A DNA stretch of 44,381 nt from Vicugna vicugna (taxonomy: Eukaryota). This document shows positions 1-11,280 of this stretch, piece after piece (within the stretch, counting starts at the first letter, position 1; each line of letters opens with the position of its first letter). The stretch is from assembly GCA_013265495.1 (NCBI GenBank), contig MU058581.1, positions 1 through 44,381 of the forward strand. The letters run 5' to 3'. The notes beneath the pieces are model-generated. The model worked only from the letters and a program-made list of their open reading frames with translations. It was not told the origin of the DNA and searched no databases. The translations under genes were made by a program, and so were the position numbers.

Positions 1-39
1 GCTGGGGATTAGATTATTTTCATTTGGCAGAATTCTCTG

Positions 40-1070
40 GGATTCGCCCAGGTTGTGGTGCATATGCATAGTGTGTTCCTTTTTATTGCTAAGTAGCATG
101 CCAGGACAGAGGACGGTTTGCAAAACTGTTCACTTTTTGAAGAACGTCTGGATGGTATCCAGTTTTGGGCTGTTATCACTAGAGCTGCTGTTAACATCTC
201 GTCCAGTTTCTTGTGTGACTCTGTCTCCATTACTTTGCAATGAATGCTCAAGAGTAGAATGCTCAAGGGTGCAGTTACTGGGTTACGCGGTAGTTATACG
301 TTTAATTTTTGGCAGAAACCGCCAAACTGTTTTCTGGGGGGACTGTATTAATTTCTATTTCTACAGCAATGGTTGACTGAGTCAGTTTTTTTTTTTTTTT
401 ACATCGTCAGCATTTAGTGTTGTCACAATTTTTGAATTTAGCTGTTTTGATAGATGTGTACTGATAACTCACTGTGGTTTTAGTTTGCATTTTTATGATG
501 GTTAATGATGTTGAATTTCTCCACTTGCATACTTGCCATCTGTAGACCCTCATCGGTGAAATGTCTGTTCATATCTTTTGCCCAGGTTCTATTTGGATTG
601 TTTGTTTTGTACTGTTGACTTTTTAGGGTTCTTTATATGTGTTAGGTACTAGTCCTTTCTCATGTACATGGTTTGGATATATTTTCTCCTAAGTTGTGCA
701 CGTGTTTTCATCCTCTGCACAGGGACTTTTGCAGAACAAAAGTTTTCAATTTTCATAAGGTTCAATTTGTCATTTTTTTTCTTTTCAGTGTTGTGCTTTT
801 GGTGTCAGGTGTAAGACTCTCTGCCTAACTCTAGATTTTAAAGGTTTTGTCCTACTTTTTAAATAAGAGATTTATAGTTTTACACCTAAATTCGTCATCC
901 ATTTTGAGTTAATTTTTACTGTAACATGTGAAGGTTGAGTAGAGGTTCATCTTTTTGTCTCTGGATGTTTAGTTTCTCCATCACCACTTGTTTAAAGGTT
1001 CCAGTTTCAGTTGCTCCATGGAATGTATTTTTCACCTTTGTCAAAAACCGGTTGGCTGTGCTTGGTGTTG
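40..1070 (-). mobile_element. Old LINE-1 fragment (ORF2 C-terminal/3' region, antisense; L1M-type)
   Basis: Typical antisense L1 motifs: 'gaaaccgccaaactgttttc', 'actcactgtggttttagtttgcattt', 'gtgaaatgtctgttcatatcttttgccc', 'catccattttgagttaatttt', 'cacctttgtcaaaaa'. Subfamily not resolved. Confidence 0.85.
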
Positions 1071-1084
1071 GGCTTTTCCTAGGT

Positions 1085-1330
1085 CCTCCTGCCATTCCTG
1101 GGACACACCAGGCTCACTTGCATGTCAAGCCTTTGTTCTCGCTTTTTCTGCTGCCTGGAATGCTCTCTATTGCCAAGTGCGTGACTCCCTTCCTTAGCTC
1201 CTTCTGATCCTCACCCAGTGCCACCTTCACCATGAAACCTCCCTTTTCTTTCTCATAAAACTGCAACCACTTCCTCCAATTCTATTTCCTCTCGTATTTT
1301 TTCTATAACATTTATTATTATCTGAATAAT
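1085..1330 (+). mobile_element. LINE-2 3' fragment
   Basis: 'gcctttgttctcgctttttctgctgcctggaatgctct...ctcccttccttagctccttc...gccaccttcaccatgaaacctccc' matches the L2 3' consensus pattern. Confidence 0.7.
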
Positions 1331-1399
1331 ATGTGTTTTTCCTATTATTCCATATATGTGATCCTGAAAAATTCCTATGTTCTGTAAAATTGGACACTA

Positions 1400-1984
1400 A
1401 TATAACAGAACCCAAGAGATCACCCAAAACCTATTCAACTTTGCAGCCAGGACACTAAGGCAAAATAATGTTCCTAATAACTTTCTTCATTGATTGGCTG
1501 TTTTGATAAAAAGGAAGAAGCTGTCCAAGATTATTTATCTGCACTTGCAGCTTCTCTGAATAGTGTGAAGTAGTGAGAGGTGAGGTGGTCTGCAGCAGCC
1601 ATTATGTGCACTAAACTAAGGAAAACACTTCTTTGATTTTAGGGTAGTCTTGTTTATTGTTACTGTTGTTGCTAATTGTTTCCATATAATTTGAAGCTTT
1701 ACTCTTTAGTAAGTGAAAAAGATGATCTGTGATCACATTCCTCATTGCAACTCACCCTTCTGAAACTAGCACTCATTCAGTTGTGGTGCAATATCAAGAA
1801 GAGTCACAATTACCTGAAGAGGCTGCTAAAACACCCCCTTTTCCAACCACTCATCTGTGGGAGGCTGGATTTTTTCATATCCCTCAATTTGAAGCAACAT
1901 AGTTGCAAGAGACTAAATGCAAAAGCATATCTGAGAATCTAGTTTTGTTTTATTAAGCCAGACATTGGATAAATTTGGAAAAAA
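1400..1984 (+). mobile_element. hAT-Charlie DNA transposon remnant (Charlie1-like), degraded transposase C-terminal dimerization region, cut by the assembly gap
   Basis: With frameshifts, 1780-1984 reads LWCNIK...FPTTHLWEAGFF...KRLNAKAYLRI*FCFIKPDI. This follows the Charlie1/hATC pattern FW..IK.EYP.LS..A...LLPF.TTYLCE.GFS......K...RNRLN.E.DMRIQLSSIKPDI. The left boundary is uncertain. Confidence 0.75.
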
Positions 1985-2283
1985 NNNNNNNNNNNNNNNN
2001 NNNNNNNNNNNNNNNNNNNNNNNNNNNNNNNNNNNNNNNNNNNNNNNNNNNNNNNNNNNNNNNNNNNNNNNNNNNNNNNNNNNNNNNNNNNNNNNNNNNN
2101 NNNNNNNNNNNNNNNNNNNNNNNNNNNNNNNNNNNNNNNNNNNNNNNNNNNNNNNNNNNNNNNNNNNNNNNNNNNNNNNNNNNNNNNNNNNNNNNNNNNN
2201 NNNNNNNNNNNNNNNNNNNNNNNNNNNNNNNNNNNNNNNNNNNNNNNNNNNNNNNNNNNNNNNNNNNNNNNNNNNNNNNNNNN
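1985..2283. other. Assembly gap (299 N)
   Basis: Run of N. Adjacency of the flanks rests on scaffolding only. Confidence 1.
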
Positions 2284-2585
2284 CGTAGCTTTGCTGATAT
2301 CAGTGGGCCTTATCTATCTGAATTCAGATATCCTTCTGAAGTTCTTTTCCCATGTAATTTTCTTGGTTTAAAATGAAACCTTCACCCTTTAGGGATCTTT
2401 TGAGTCCCAGCATTTATGACAGTGCACGTGTGACAGAGACTCACCAGTTACCATTGATCAGGGAAAGATAAATCTCATCTGAGTTTCTTTTCTTGGACTT
2501 TATGACCTTTTATTTAATGAGTTGGGATTTTAGGATTATATGAAAGAAATACTGTACCATATTCAAGAAAAAGATTGGTTATTTC

Positions 2586-2791
2586 TGATAACTCTTCTCT
2601 TTTTTTTTTTTTTGCCATACTAAGAAGTTTAGTGTTTTTTTAATTTTATTTTTTTAACAGTTTTTATTGATTTATAATCATTTTTCAATGTTGTGTCAAA
2701 TTCCAGTGTTCAGCACAATTTTTCAGTCATTCATGGACATATACACACTCATTGTCACATTTTTTTCTCTGTGAGTGATAACTCTTCTCTT
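2586..2791 (-). mobile_element. Young, severely 5'-truncated L1 3' tail (camelid-type) with 16-bp TSD and short 3' transduction
   Basis: TSD tgataactcttctctt at 2586-2601 and 2776-2791; poly(T) to 2613; 21-bp unique spacer 2614-2634; second T-rich tract; then antisense L1 tail 'tttttattgatttataatcatttttcaatgttgtgtcaaattccagtg...cattgtcacatttttttctctgtgag'. Confidence 0.85.
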
Positions 2792-3299
2792 ATTTCGGTC
2801 AGTCATGCTTTTTCACTACAAACCATAGAAATGAAAATTTAGTGCAATTCTACTTAGAAGTAAAATATTGAGAGTTGGGAGCTTATTTCAGTTTGGAGAA
2901 ATAGGGGAATTGTTTTTAATCCCACTGCCTCTTATTATTAATTTATATGCTGAAATAGACTAGCAGAGTGCAGAATCAAACCAGTACATAAGTACAACCA
3001 TTTATTGATTCTCTCATCAGCTTCACAGTTGATTAATCTCTCTGAAAGCTTGAATAGTTTCTTAGGGGAAGATATTGGAAGGGCAGTTTTACCCGATGAG
3101 TTCCCTTAAATATGCTGTTAATTCGTATTGATTTTAGGGAAAACAGAGATAATCAGTTTGACTTCCCCCTGACTGAACGCATCGGCAAGCTGTTCACAGT
3201 ACTATTTAATGGAAATCTCTGGGACTCCTCCTGATTTCCTGTTTTCACATGCACAGACCTGAGTACCAGGAGAGCATGCAGAAAACTGCTCTGCACGGA

Positions 3300-4030
3300 G
3301 GAAACCTTACACCGGGCAGACGAACTTTTGAATCCAGAATGATGAGCTTACCCTGAGATCTAGGCATGCGCAGAGCCTGCTTTCCTCCGCCTCCTCCCTT
3401 TGACTACAGCGCCCCCCAGAGAAGAGTGGGAAGAGGAGTGAAGAAGACAGTCTCTTCCTTCTGCTCAGCGAGTACTCAGGTGTCCTGGCCCCCGGCCCCC
3501 CAGACTCTGTCCCCAGCCAAGCGTAGCCATCGCTGCCACCCCCCAGGCCGTTGCTCATGTCAGAGGCCTCGGGTCCTGCTCCCCTTTCACAGCTGGGCCT
3601 GGGCACACACACACAATCAAGTCGGCTCATGAAAGTTCCCTCTGAGCTGGGATGAGGAGTGCACTTATCTAAAAAAATTCTCATCCGTACAAGGAGAGGG
3701 CAAGTTCTTTAACAAGAATTCCAAAGCCTTTGGCAGCCACCGTGCGGCCGCAGCAGCGCGCGGAGAGATGTTGTAAGGCCGGAGCCCCAGCCCCGTGAGC
3801 CTGGGCCTGTCTGCATGCCCTGGGCTCCCTAGGCGCAGGAGCCCCTGCAGCATCTGTCCCAGCTGCCATGCGGACCCCTCCGCCAGGGCCCCCTGAGCCC
3901 CTTTAGTGGCCACCTCAGACCTTCGTGCTCTCACCTCATGCAGTGTCTGTGGCCAGCCCCTTGCTCCCTGGGCCATGACTCCTCAGGGCGGGGACCGGCT
4001 GCATCCCCAGAGCCACCAGGAGACATCAGT
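3300..4030. promoter_or_regulatory. GC/CpG-rich island remnant, promoter/first-exon-like
   Basis: Local GC and CpG enrichment; NotI GCGGCCGC 3744-3751; GCGCGC 3756-3761; NRF1-like GCATGCGCA near 3364; GC box GGGCGGGG near 3986; ATG-TT-GTAAGG (3768-3778) resembling a donor site. Gene not identified. Confidence 0.4.
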
Positions 4031-4031
4031 G

Positions 4032-4061
4032 AACCCTAACCCTAACCCTGACCCTAACCTT
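4032..4061 (-). repeat. Short interstitial telomeric tract, (CCCTAA)n on + strand, five units
   Basis: aaccct aaccct aaccct gaccct aacctt, including a TCAGGG-type variant. Confidence 0.75.
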
Positions 4062-4845
4062 GAGGGTGATGAGGTATGGAGTGTCTCCAAGGCTGCTCCG
4101 TGTGCATGGGCAAGTGTTTGCACATATGTGTACCTTCTGATTGGTGCCACTGATTCATATCCAGGAGTTGTTCTGTCTTATAAATCAAGCATTGCTTTAT
4201 TATATCCTAGAGAACTGCTTTTAGATCATTGATTGAACTATAGACCATCATCTTGCCCACATTAGGAGGTGACATCTTCCAAGACACAGGTCTTGTGTGC
4301 TTGTATATATGTATAAGTAAGAATTAAATATGCATGTCATCCCCTCACATATTTAATTTTTGCCTTCCCAATTGAGTGTGCACAGTAAAGGCTAACTTCC
4401 CATAACAGGAGAACTTTTAGGAAGTAAGAAGAAGCAATTAGCCACCAGGGAGAAGACAGGATATCAGGCAGGAGTTTGGTATAAAATCATTTATTCTAAA
4501 GCTGCTCTGGCTCAATAAATAAGTGGAATTGACATTGTTGTATCATGCCAGAGCATCTGCTATTGAAGACTGATATTAATTTACTTTGATATAAGTGGAA
4601 AATTGTGTCAGAACAGCATGGGAAATGAAGCATACTGCATCTGTCTGTACTCCTGAAGTGTGTCTCAGAGCTGCTCAGTTTTGAGGAAAAGTATCTTGTC
4701 AGGAGACAATAGTTATTTTCATTGTTGGAATTTTTGTAGCTTCCAGAAGCACATCGGCAGGTGATTCTGTAAAAGTCTAGAGCTGACTTAAATAGCAGGA
4801 AATTTTAGTCTATTGAAATCTAGGAGAAGTGAAATATTTTTGCCT

Positions 4846-4871
4846 ACCACCACCACCACCACCACCACCAC
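4846..4871 (+). repeat. (CAC)n microsatellite
   Basis: accaccaccaccaccaccaccaccac. Confidence 0.9.
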
Positions 4872-4931
4872 TGGGCAAGCACGTGTACACCCAGAGAGAT
4901 TTCACAACAGAGGGAATGACAAAGCTGGTTC

Positions 4932-5455
4932 TGTTACTGAGACCAAACTTGTTCTGCTCACTGCATAACAGTGATAAATAAATAAATCAGGAGATGAGGT
5001 TTTGGGACAAGGAATAGTAACTTTATTCAGAAAGCTGGCAGACCAAGAAGATGGGAGACTAATGTCCTGGAGAATCATCTTGCCCAAGTCAGGATTCAGG
5101 CTCCTTTTAAACTAAAAAAGGGAGGGGGTGTGGTTGGTTGTGCAAACTTCTTGCTGCAGGCATTCTTTGTTCTTGCAGCCGTCCATGTGGGTCAGGCTAT
5201 GGTGTCCCTGTAAACCTCCAACAAAACAAAGGTTATTCTCTATTTTGCAACTTGCCATCTCTGCATAAGTGCAGAAGTGATAACATCCTTAAAGGTCAGA
5301 CCCCGAGAATAGGCTCTCCTGTAGGTTTCAGGCTAAAGGCAACTTTGTTTTACAAAAGGTGCAGAGCCAGCAAGATTAAGCCTGGAAAACGACACAGTGC
5401 TTCAAACTAAAGGAAAAGATCCAATATGGCGTCAGATTTGTTCTCCTCTATTACA
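4932..5455 (-). mobile_element. Solo LTR, ERV1 class (524 bp)
   Basis: TG...CA termini (tgtta / ttaca); 4-bp TSD gttc at 4928-4931 and 5456-5459, the TSD length typical of ERV1; AATAAA on minus strand (tttatt near 5022). Confidence 0.85.
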
Positions 5456-6710
5456 GTTCTAGTTGGGGGAAATTTTGCAATAGAAAATCCCCTTAGTCAT
5501 TTTTCTTGCTTTGCCTGAGATCTTGTTTGTTGGCTTGTGGTCTCACGGTGTCTAAACTGTATGTTCAGATGAATACTATTAAAATCATATGGTGCAGAAA
5601 ACATATCTGTTCTGCTTCAAAAAATGACTGAAACATTTAGCTTTGCTTATTCCCAAAGAATTTGGATTGAATCTATTCTTGACTTTCTTCTTCCTTCAAA
5701 CCAGTTTTTTACTGGAGGGTTTAAAGCCCAAATTAAATAATTTTGGAGAAGACTCATGTAATTCATAAGAGCTTTACATCCGAATTTAAGACTGACCCAT
5801 ATTTATACTTTTAATCGAAGAACACAATAAACTTTCTTAGTCAATCATTTATGATGTTTTTAACTTTGTCCATGTAATCTTTTGGAAGTTGAGAAACTTA
5901 GACACTTGATCTAACAAAACAGGTATCATTGTTTGACTCTGTGAATGGAAGACTCCCAGTATAGTTTCCTTCTAGTATATTTTATTAAAAATAATAAAGA
6001 ATTCTTGCTCTCTAATAAAGCAACAGACAGAAGCACATACTGAGTGTTTAAAATAAATCAGACTATGGGTTAACTTATCTAAACAAGTCAAGATAATATA
6101 GGGAAAAATGTATGAACTTGAAGGAAAATATATTTTGTGCAATTAGTATTCTATTTTTAAGAAGAAAATGATTAAAAAACAATTTTTAATCATTTATCTA
6201 CAAAGGAGTTATATAAAGCCAACTTATTTTTCATAAGTGTTACATATACAAAAGGGCTATCTAAATCTACATTATTAAAGATTAAATTATACCAAATAGA
6301 TCACCAAGGTTGATTGATTTTCATGATATTTCTAATTTTTGAAAATATAACTTTCATATAACATATCCAAGCAGCTCTTGAGTTATCCACATTACCCTAG
6401 TCTAGAGTTATTCTTACTGTATTTAAAAAATGTAATAGGCAAGGCTCAGGCCCTTGCTTTTGAACTGCCACTGGACTTCCTGGATATGCCCTTAGGTTAA
6501 AGACCAAAAGCAAAGTAACTATTCTACTTTAAAGCAGTTCCTCAAAGACTTTAATACATTCACTATCTATATCCAATTATAGGAAAGAATTAAGTTTTCT
6601 GAATCTTAAAAAAAAATCTACTGCTGAAAATTAAATTCTGTCATGTATGTTGACCATAACTATAAAGACTCTAAATTAATGCTCCCTTTACTGTTTTCCT
6701 CCCAGCATAG

Positions 6711-6913
6711 TCCATGATCATCGCTTTCACATCAGACACAATCTCCTGCCTGGTGTATTACTGGTCCTTTTCCATCCCATCCTAGGGGGACCACCTGCAA
6801 GACACCATGGAGGGACACATCAACAAAACACTCTGCTAGTCCAGCATCATGGACTTCAAAAGCAGAAGCAAGGAAAATCCATCCATTAGGCTTAGTAGCC
6901 ATACATCATGGAG
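6711..6913 (+). pseudogene. ANO6: Disabled, unprocessed ANO6 (anoctamin-6/TMEM16F) exon, 203 bp
   Basis: Translates SMIIAFTSDTISCLVYYWSFSIPS*GDHLQDTMEGHINKTLC*SSIMDFKSRSKENPSIRLSSHTSW(R). It aligns without gaps to the ANO6 segment as I recall it, AMIIAFTSDMIPRLVYYWSFSVPPYGDHTSYTMEGYINNTLSIFKVADFKNKSKGNPYSDLGNHTTCR. Acceptor 'ctgttttcctcccagcatag|', donor 'AG|gcaagt'; in-frame TAG at 6783-6785 and 6837-6839. Confidence 0.88.
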
Positions 6914-7159
6914 GCAAGTTCTGTTTACAGCTGTTTAAAAATGCATTTCATCATTTATAGGACTTTTATTGTAATATAATTCTGTTTGGTATCACATCTG
7001 CCAGAGAAGTTTTCTTTTTTTTTTCCAGTTTTCTTTTCAATTAAACTTAAAAAAGGAAAAGATATAAAAGTTAATACAGACTAGGATTAGAACCTTCAAA
7101 CCAAACCATAAAGCAACATTTTAAAATGAGAGTTTCAAGTAATTACAGGGAGATGGATC

Positions 7160-7391
7160 CAGGAGAAAACTCTTTTTCTTTTTCTTTTTTTTTCTATTTA
7201 TATCTGAGTGCTTTATTTTGTGATAAAAATGTTTATTTTGTCCTTCTTTTTCTCTTTTTAAAGTTTTTTTTGAGTAATAATCATTTTACAATGTTGTGTC
7301 AAATTTCAGTGTAGAACACAATTTTTCAGTTATACATGAACATACGTATACTCATTGTCACCTTTTTTTTCACTGTGCAGGAGAAAACTCT
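7160..7391 (-). mobile_element. Second 5'-truncated camelid-type L1 3' tail with 14-bp TSD and 3' transduction
   Basis: TSD caggagaaaactct at 7160-7173 and 7378-7391; T-rich tract to 7193; ~50-bp unique spacer with two minus-strand AATAAA; second T-rich tract; L1 tail 'taatcattttacaatgttgtgtcaaatttcagtgtagaacacaatttttcagttatacatgaac'. Confidence 0.85.
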
Positions 7392-7544
7392 CATATGTTA
7401 GAAATGAAGAAACTCTTAACAGTTCCAAGAAGTAAGATAATTCAATTGTTATGAGTAATGTGTTATTTAAGCACACCCTGATGATCCTGAATGATGACAA
7501 ACTAGCACAGTCACTTAACAAAGCAACACAAAGACAAGCAATGT

Positions 7545-8130
7545 AACCTGGTAACCACTAGTTTGTTCTCTATAAGTCTGTTTCTTTTTTTATCATATTC
7601 ACTAGTTTATACTTTGTTGTATTTTCTAGATTCCATGTATAAGTGATATCATACAGTATTTGTCTTTCTCTGTCTGACTTATTTCACCAAGCATCATACC
7701 CTGCGAGTCCATCCATGTTGTTATAAATGGCAAATTTTCATTTTTATGGCTGATTAGTATTCAATTGTATATATGTGTGTGTATATATGTATATATGTGT
7801 ATATATATATACACCAAGGATCATATGGTAGTTCCATTTTTAGCTTTTTGAGGAACCTCCATACTGTTTTCTACAGTGGCTACACCAATTTACATTCTCA
7901 CCAACAGCATATGAGGGATTCCTTTTCTCCATATCCCTGCCAACATTTCTTATTTGTATTCTTTTAGATGACCATTCTGACAGGTGTGAGGTGATGCCAC
8001 ATTGTGGGTTTGATTTGAATTTCTCTGATTAGTGATGTTGAGCATCTTTTCATGTGCTTGTTGGCCAGCTGTATGTCCTATTTGACAAAATGTCTATTCA
8101 GGTCTCCTGCCTATTTTTCAATTGAGTTGT
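7545..8130 (-). mobile_element. L1 3' UTR/ORF2 end, antisense, with internal (TA/TG)n tract
   Basis: 'tagattccatgtataagtgatatcatacagtatttgtctttctctgtctgacttatttcac', 'ttttgaggaacctccatactgtttt', 'gatgttgagcatcttttcatgtgcttgttggcc'. Confidence 0.9.
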
Positions 8131-9720
8131 TATACAAATATAGTTTATGATGATATATGTAACAAACATCAAAGCTCCTAAATATATGAAGCAAACATTG
8201 ACAAAATTGAAGGCAGAAGTAGACAGCTCTATAGTAATAGCAGGAGACATCAATAACACACTTTCAATAATAGGTAGAACAACAAGACAGAAGGTCAGTA
8301 AGGAAATAGGGGGCTTGATCAACATTATAGATCAATGCACCTAAGAGCTATATATTGAAAACTCCACTTCACAACAGCAAAACACATTTTTCTCTAGTAC
8401 ATAGGGAATATTCTCCAGGCCACACTATATGTCAGGCCACAAAAATGTCTCAATAAATTTAAAAAGATTGAAATCATACAAATAATCTTTTAAATCAAAA
8501 TGAAATGAAACTAGATGTCAGTAGCAGAAGAAAAACTGGGAAGTTCCACTAATGTGAGGAATTAACACCCTTAAACAACCCATGGGTCAGAGAAGGAATC
8601 ATAAGAAACTTCAGGAAAACTGAGTCAAATGAAAATGAAAACCTAGCATAGAAAACTTAGGGATTCTGTAAAAGTAGCACTAAGAAGGAAATTTATACCT
8701 GCAAATGCTTATATTACAAAAAAGGAAAGATCCCCAAGCCAACAATTTACACCTTAAAAACTAAAAAAGAACAAACTAAATACAAAACTAGTGGCAGGAA
8801 GTTAATAATAAAGATTCAAACAGAGATATTCAAAATGAGAACAGAAAAGCTACAGTGAAAAATCAATAAAACAAAGAGATGCTTTATTGAAAAAATAAAC
8901 AAAATTGACAAACTTTTTGCTAGATTGACTATGGAAAAGAGAGACAGACTCATATCACTAAAATCATAAATGAAAGAAGGGATATTACAATAAATTTTAC
9001 AGAAAAAGTATTATAAGAGAATTATGAAAAATTGTACACCAACAAATTGGATATCTCAGATGAAATGGACAAATTCTTAGAATCACAAAACCTACCAAGA
9101 CTGAACCATAAAGAAATAGAAAATCTAAACATCCAAAACTAGTTAGGAGATTGAATCAGTCATCAAATAACTTCCAACAAATAAAAGCTCAGGACCAGAA
9201 GACTTCACTTGTGAAGTCTACCAAACATTTACATAATTAACACTAATTCTCCCCCAAACTCTTCCAAAAAATTGAAGAGGAGGGAACATTTCCAGACTCA
9301 TTTTATGGTGCCAGCATTACACTGATACCAAATCCTGACAAGGACACAATAAAAATTTCAGACCAATATCCCTGATGAAAATTCTCAAGAAAATAACAGC
9401 AGACAGAATTTAACAGCACATTTTTAAGTATTATACACTGTGACCAAGTGGAATCTATTCCTGGAATGCAAGAATGGTTCATCATACAAATATTAATCAA
9501 TTTAATATACCACAGAAGCAGAATAAAGGTGAAGGGAACCCATGATCATCTCAATTTATGCAGAAAGAGCATTTGACATAATTTAACACCTTTTAATGAT
9601 GTAAACCCTTAACAGACTAGGAATAAAAGATACATAATAAATGCTACATAATAAATGCTACGTATGAAAAGCCCACAGCTAACATACTCAATGGTGAGGC
9701 TGAGAGCTTTCCCTCTAAGA
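8131..9720 (+). mobile_element. L1 ORF2 fragment (endonuclease to reverse transcriptase), degraded
   Basis: ORF 8147-8344 'IYVTNIKAPKYMKQTLTKLKAEVDSSIVIAGDINNTLSIIGRTTRQKVSKEI' is the L1 EN region. Downstream RT motifs include 'ggaccagaagacttcac' (GPDGF-like) and 'atgcagaaagagcatttgac' (DAEKAFD-like). Confidence 0.92.
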
Positions 9721-9964
9721 AAGCTTAATAAAGAGACTAAATTCTTCACAAGGAAATTCACAAAATACCGTTAAATAGAATAATATTCAAGATTCTCTAT
9801 ATCTCCTTTATAGACCAAAAAATACCACCCCCAAAACAAAAAACTTACACCAGGAACATAATGATAAGAGTCCCTGGTTGAGGACAGCAATGAACAGGAA
9901 ACTGCAGTAGACAGGCGACTAGATTGTATAGTAGGAAATATTTAGAACCATTACATAAAATTTA

Positions 9965-10575
9965 TATTAGTTAATAGACACATAAGTCAATGGAACAAAA
10001 TAGAAAACCCAGAAATAGCCCCTGCCCAAAACAGGCAACTGATTTTTGACAAATATACAAAAAGCAATTTTTGGAAAGTCCTTTCAACCTATGGTACTGG
10101 GACAATTGTATATGCATAGAAAAAAAATGAACCTTGACCTAACTTTTACACCTTATGCAAAAATTAACTCAAAATGAATCATAGACCTTCATGTAAAACA
10201 TTATAAACTTTCAGATAATAGCATAGGAGAAACCATGGGGAGCTGATGCTGAGTGGTGACTTCTTAGACTTGACACCAAAAGCATGACCTATAAAGGAAA
10301 AAAATCAGCATATTGGACTTCATCATAATGAAAAATGTTTGCTATATGAAAGAGCCTGTTGAGGGAATAAAAAGACAAGCTAGAGCAAGGGAGAAAATAA
10401 TTGCTAGCCACACATTTGACCAAGGATTCATCTCTTAAGTCCATATCAAAACTCCACAGTAAAATAAAGAAACAAAGACAACCCAATTCATAAAATGGAC
10501 AAAAGGCATTTCACTAATGATATTGGATTGGAAAATACACACATGAAAAGATAGGTGATATTAGTAGTCATTTAT
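9965..10575 (+). mobile_element. L1 ORF2 C-terminal fragment (old L1M)
   Basis: 'caatggaacaaaatagaaaacccagaaatag', 'aaaaattaactcaaaatgaatcatagacc', 'acacatgaaaagat'. Confidence 0.85.
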
Positions 10576-10879
10576 GGAGAAAGTGAGATTTAAGCCTGAC
10601 CTCATATAGAATTTCATAAATTAATAGGGGTGTAAAACATAAGCTCAGAGATCCCAATGGATCCCAATAATGTTCTTTCATCTACCATTTACTTTTAAAG
10701 TTTAAATTTTTCTGCAATAAACTAGCATTATGTCTAGTATAGTTCTGTTATATATATGTATATAGTTTATATATTTTTCAGTTATTTAGGAATACTTGAA
10801 CACTACTTCATTTTACCGAAGATATTTATTTAGAAAATTTTACATATGGTAATGGTTCTTAAATGTCTTATGTTTTAGA

Positions 10880-11280
10880 GATAAATAAATACAAAAGTAT
10901 TGACTAATAAAATATTATGCCTTTTTTTTTTTAACAAATGACCCAGTGAGGGATGGAAGAAAGTAGGTGGCAGTGTGGTTGAAGCAAGACTGAGGAAAAA
11001 TTGAAAGAGTTCAAGTTGGGTGAAAGGTATATATTGGCTCATTATAATATTCTAATTTCCACAACTTTCAAATTTTTCACAGTAAAGATTAAACTAAATT
11101 AAAATATATGTACATGCATGTTTCTATGTGAATAGGAAAATAAAATCTGAAAAGATACATGTCAAAATGTTCACCATGGTTATCTCTGGCATGTAAAATT
11201 GGAGAGAAGGAAAGGGAAATTTCTATTTGAACTCTTCAGATGTTGAGATTTGCACAATGAACATATTTTTAAATTGGAAA
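10880..11280 (+). mobile_element. Ancient L1ME-type 3' end fragments
   Basis: 'aagttgggtgaaaggtatatattggctcattataatattct...tcaaatttttcacagtaaag' and 'tctgaaaagatacatgtcaaaatgttcaccatggttatctctgg'. Confidence 0.55.

Noticed and set aside
1965..2376. ORFs made of X residues
   Set aside because: Artefacts of the N gap.
7545..10575. Twin-priming inverted L1 (antisense 3' end joined at 8130 to sense ORF2 ending near the same consensus position)
   Set aside because: I found no poly(A) or TSD, the pieces look like different-age subfamilies, and non-L1 sequence interrupts at ~9720-9965. Independent fragments are more likely; subfamily annotation would settle it.
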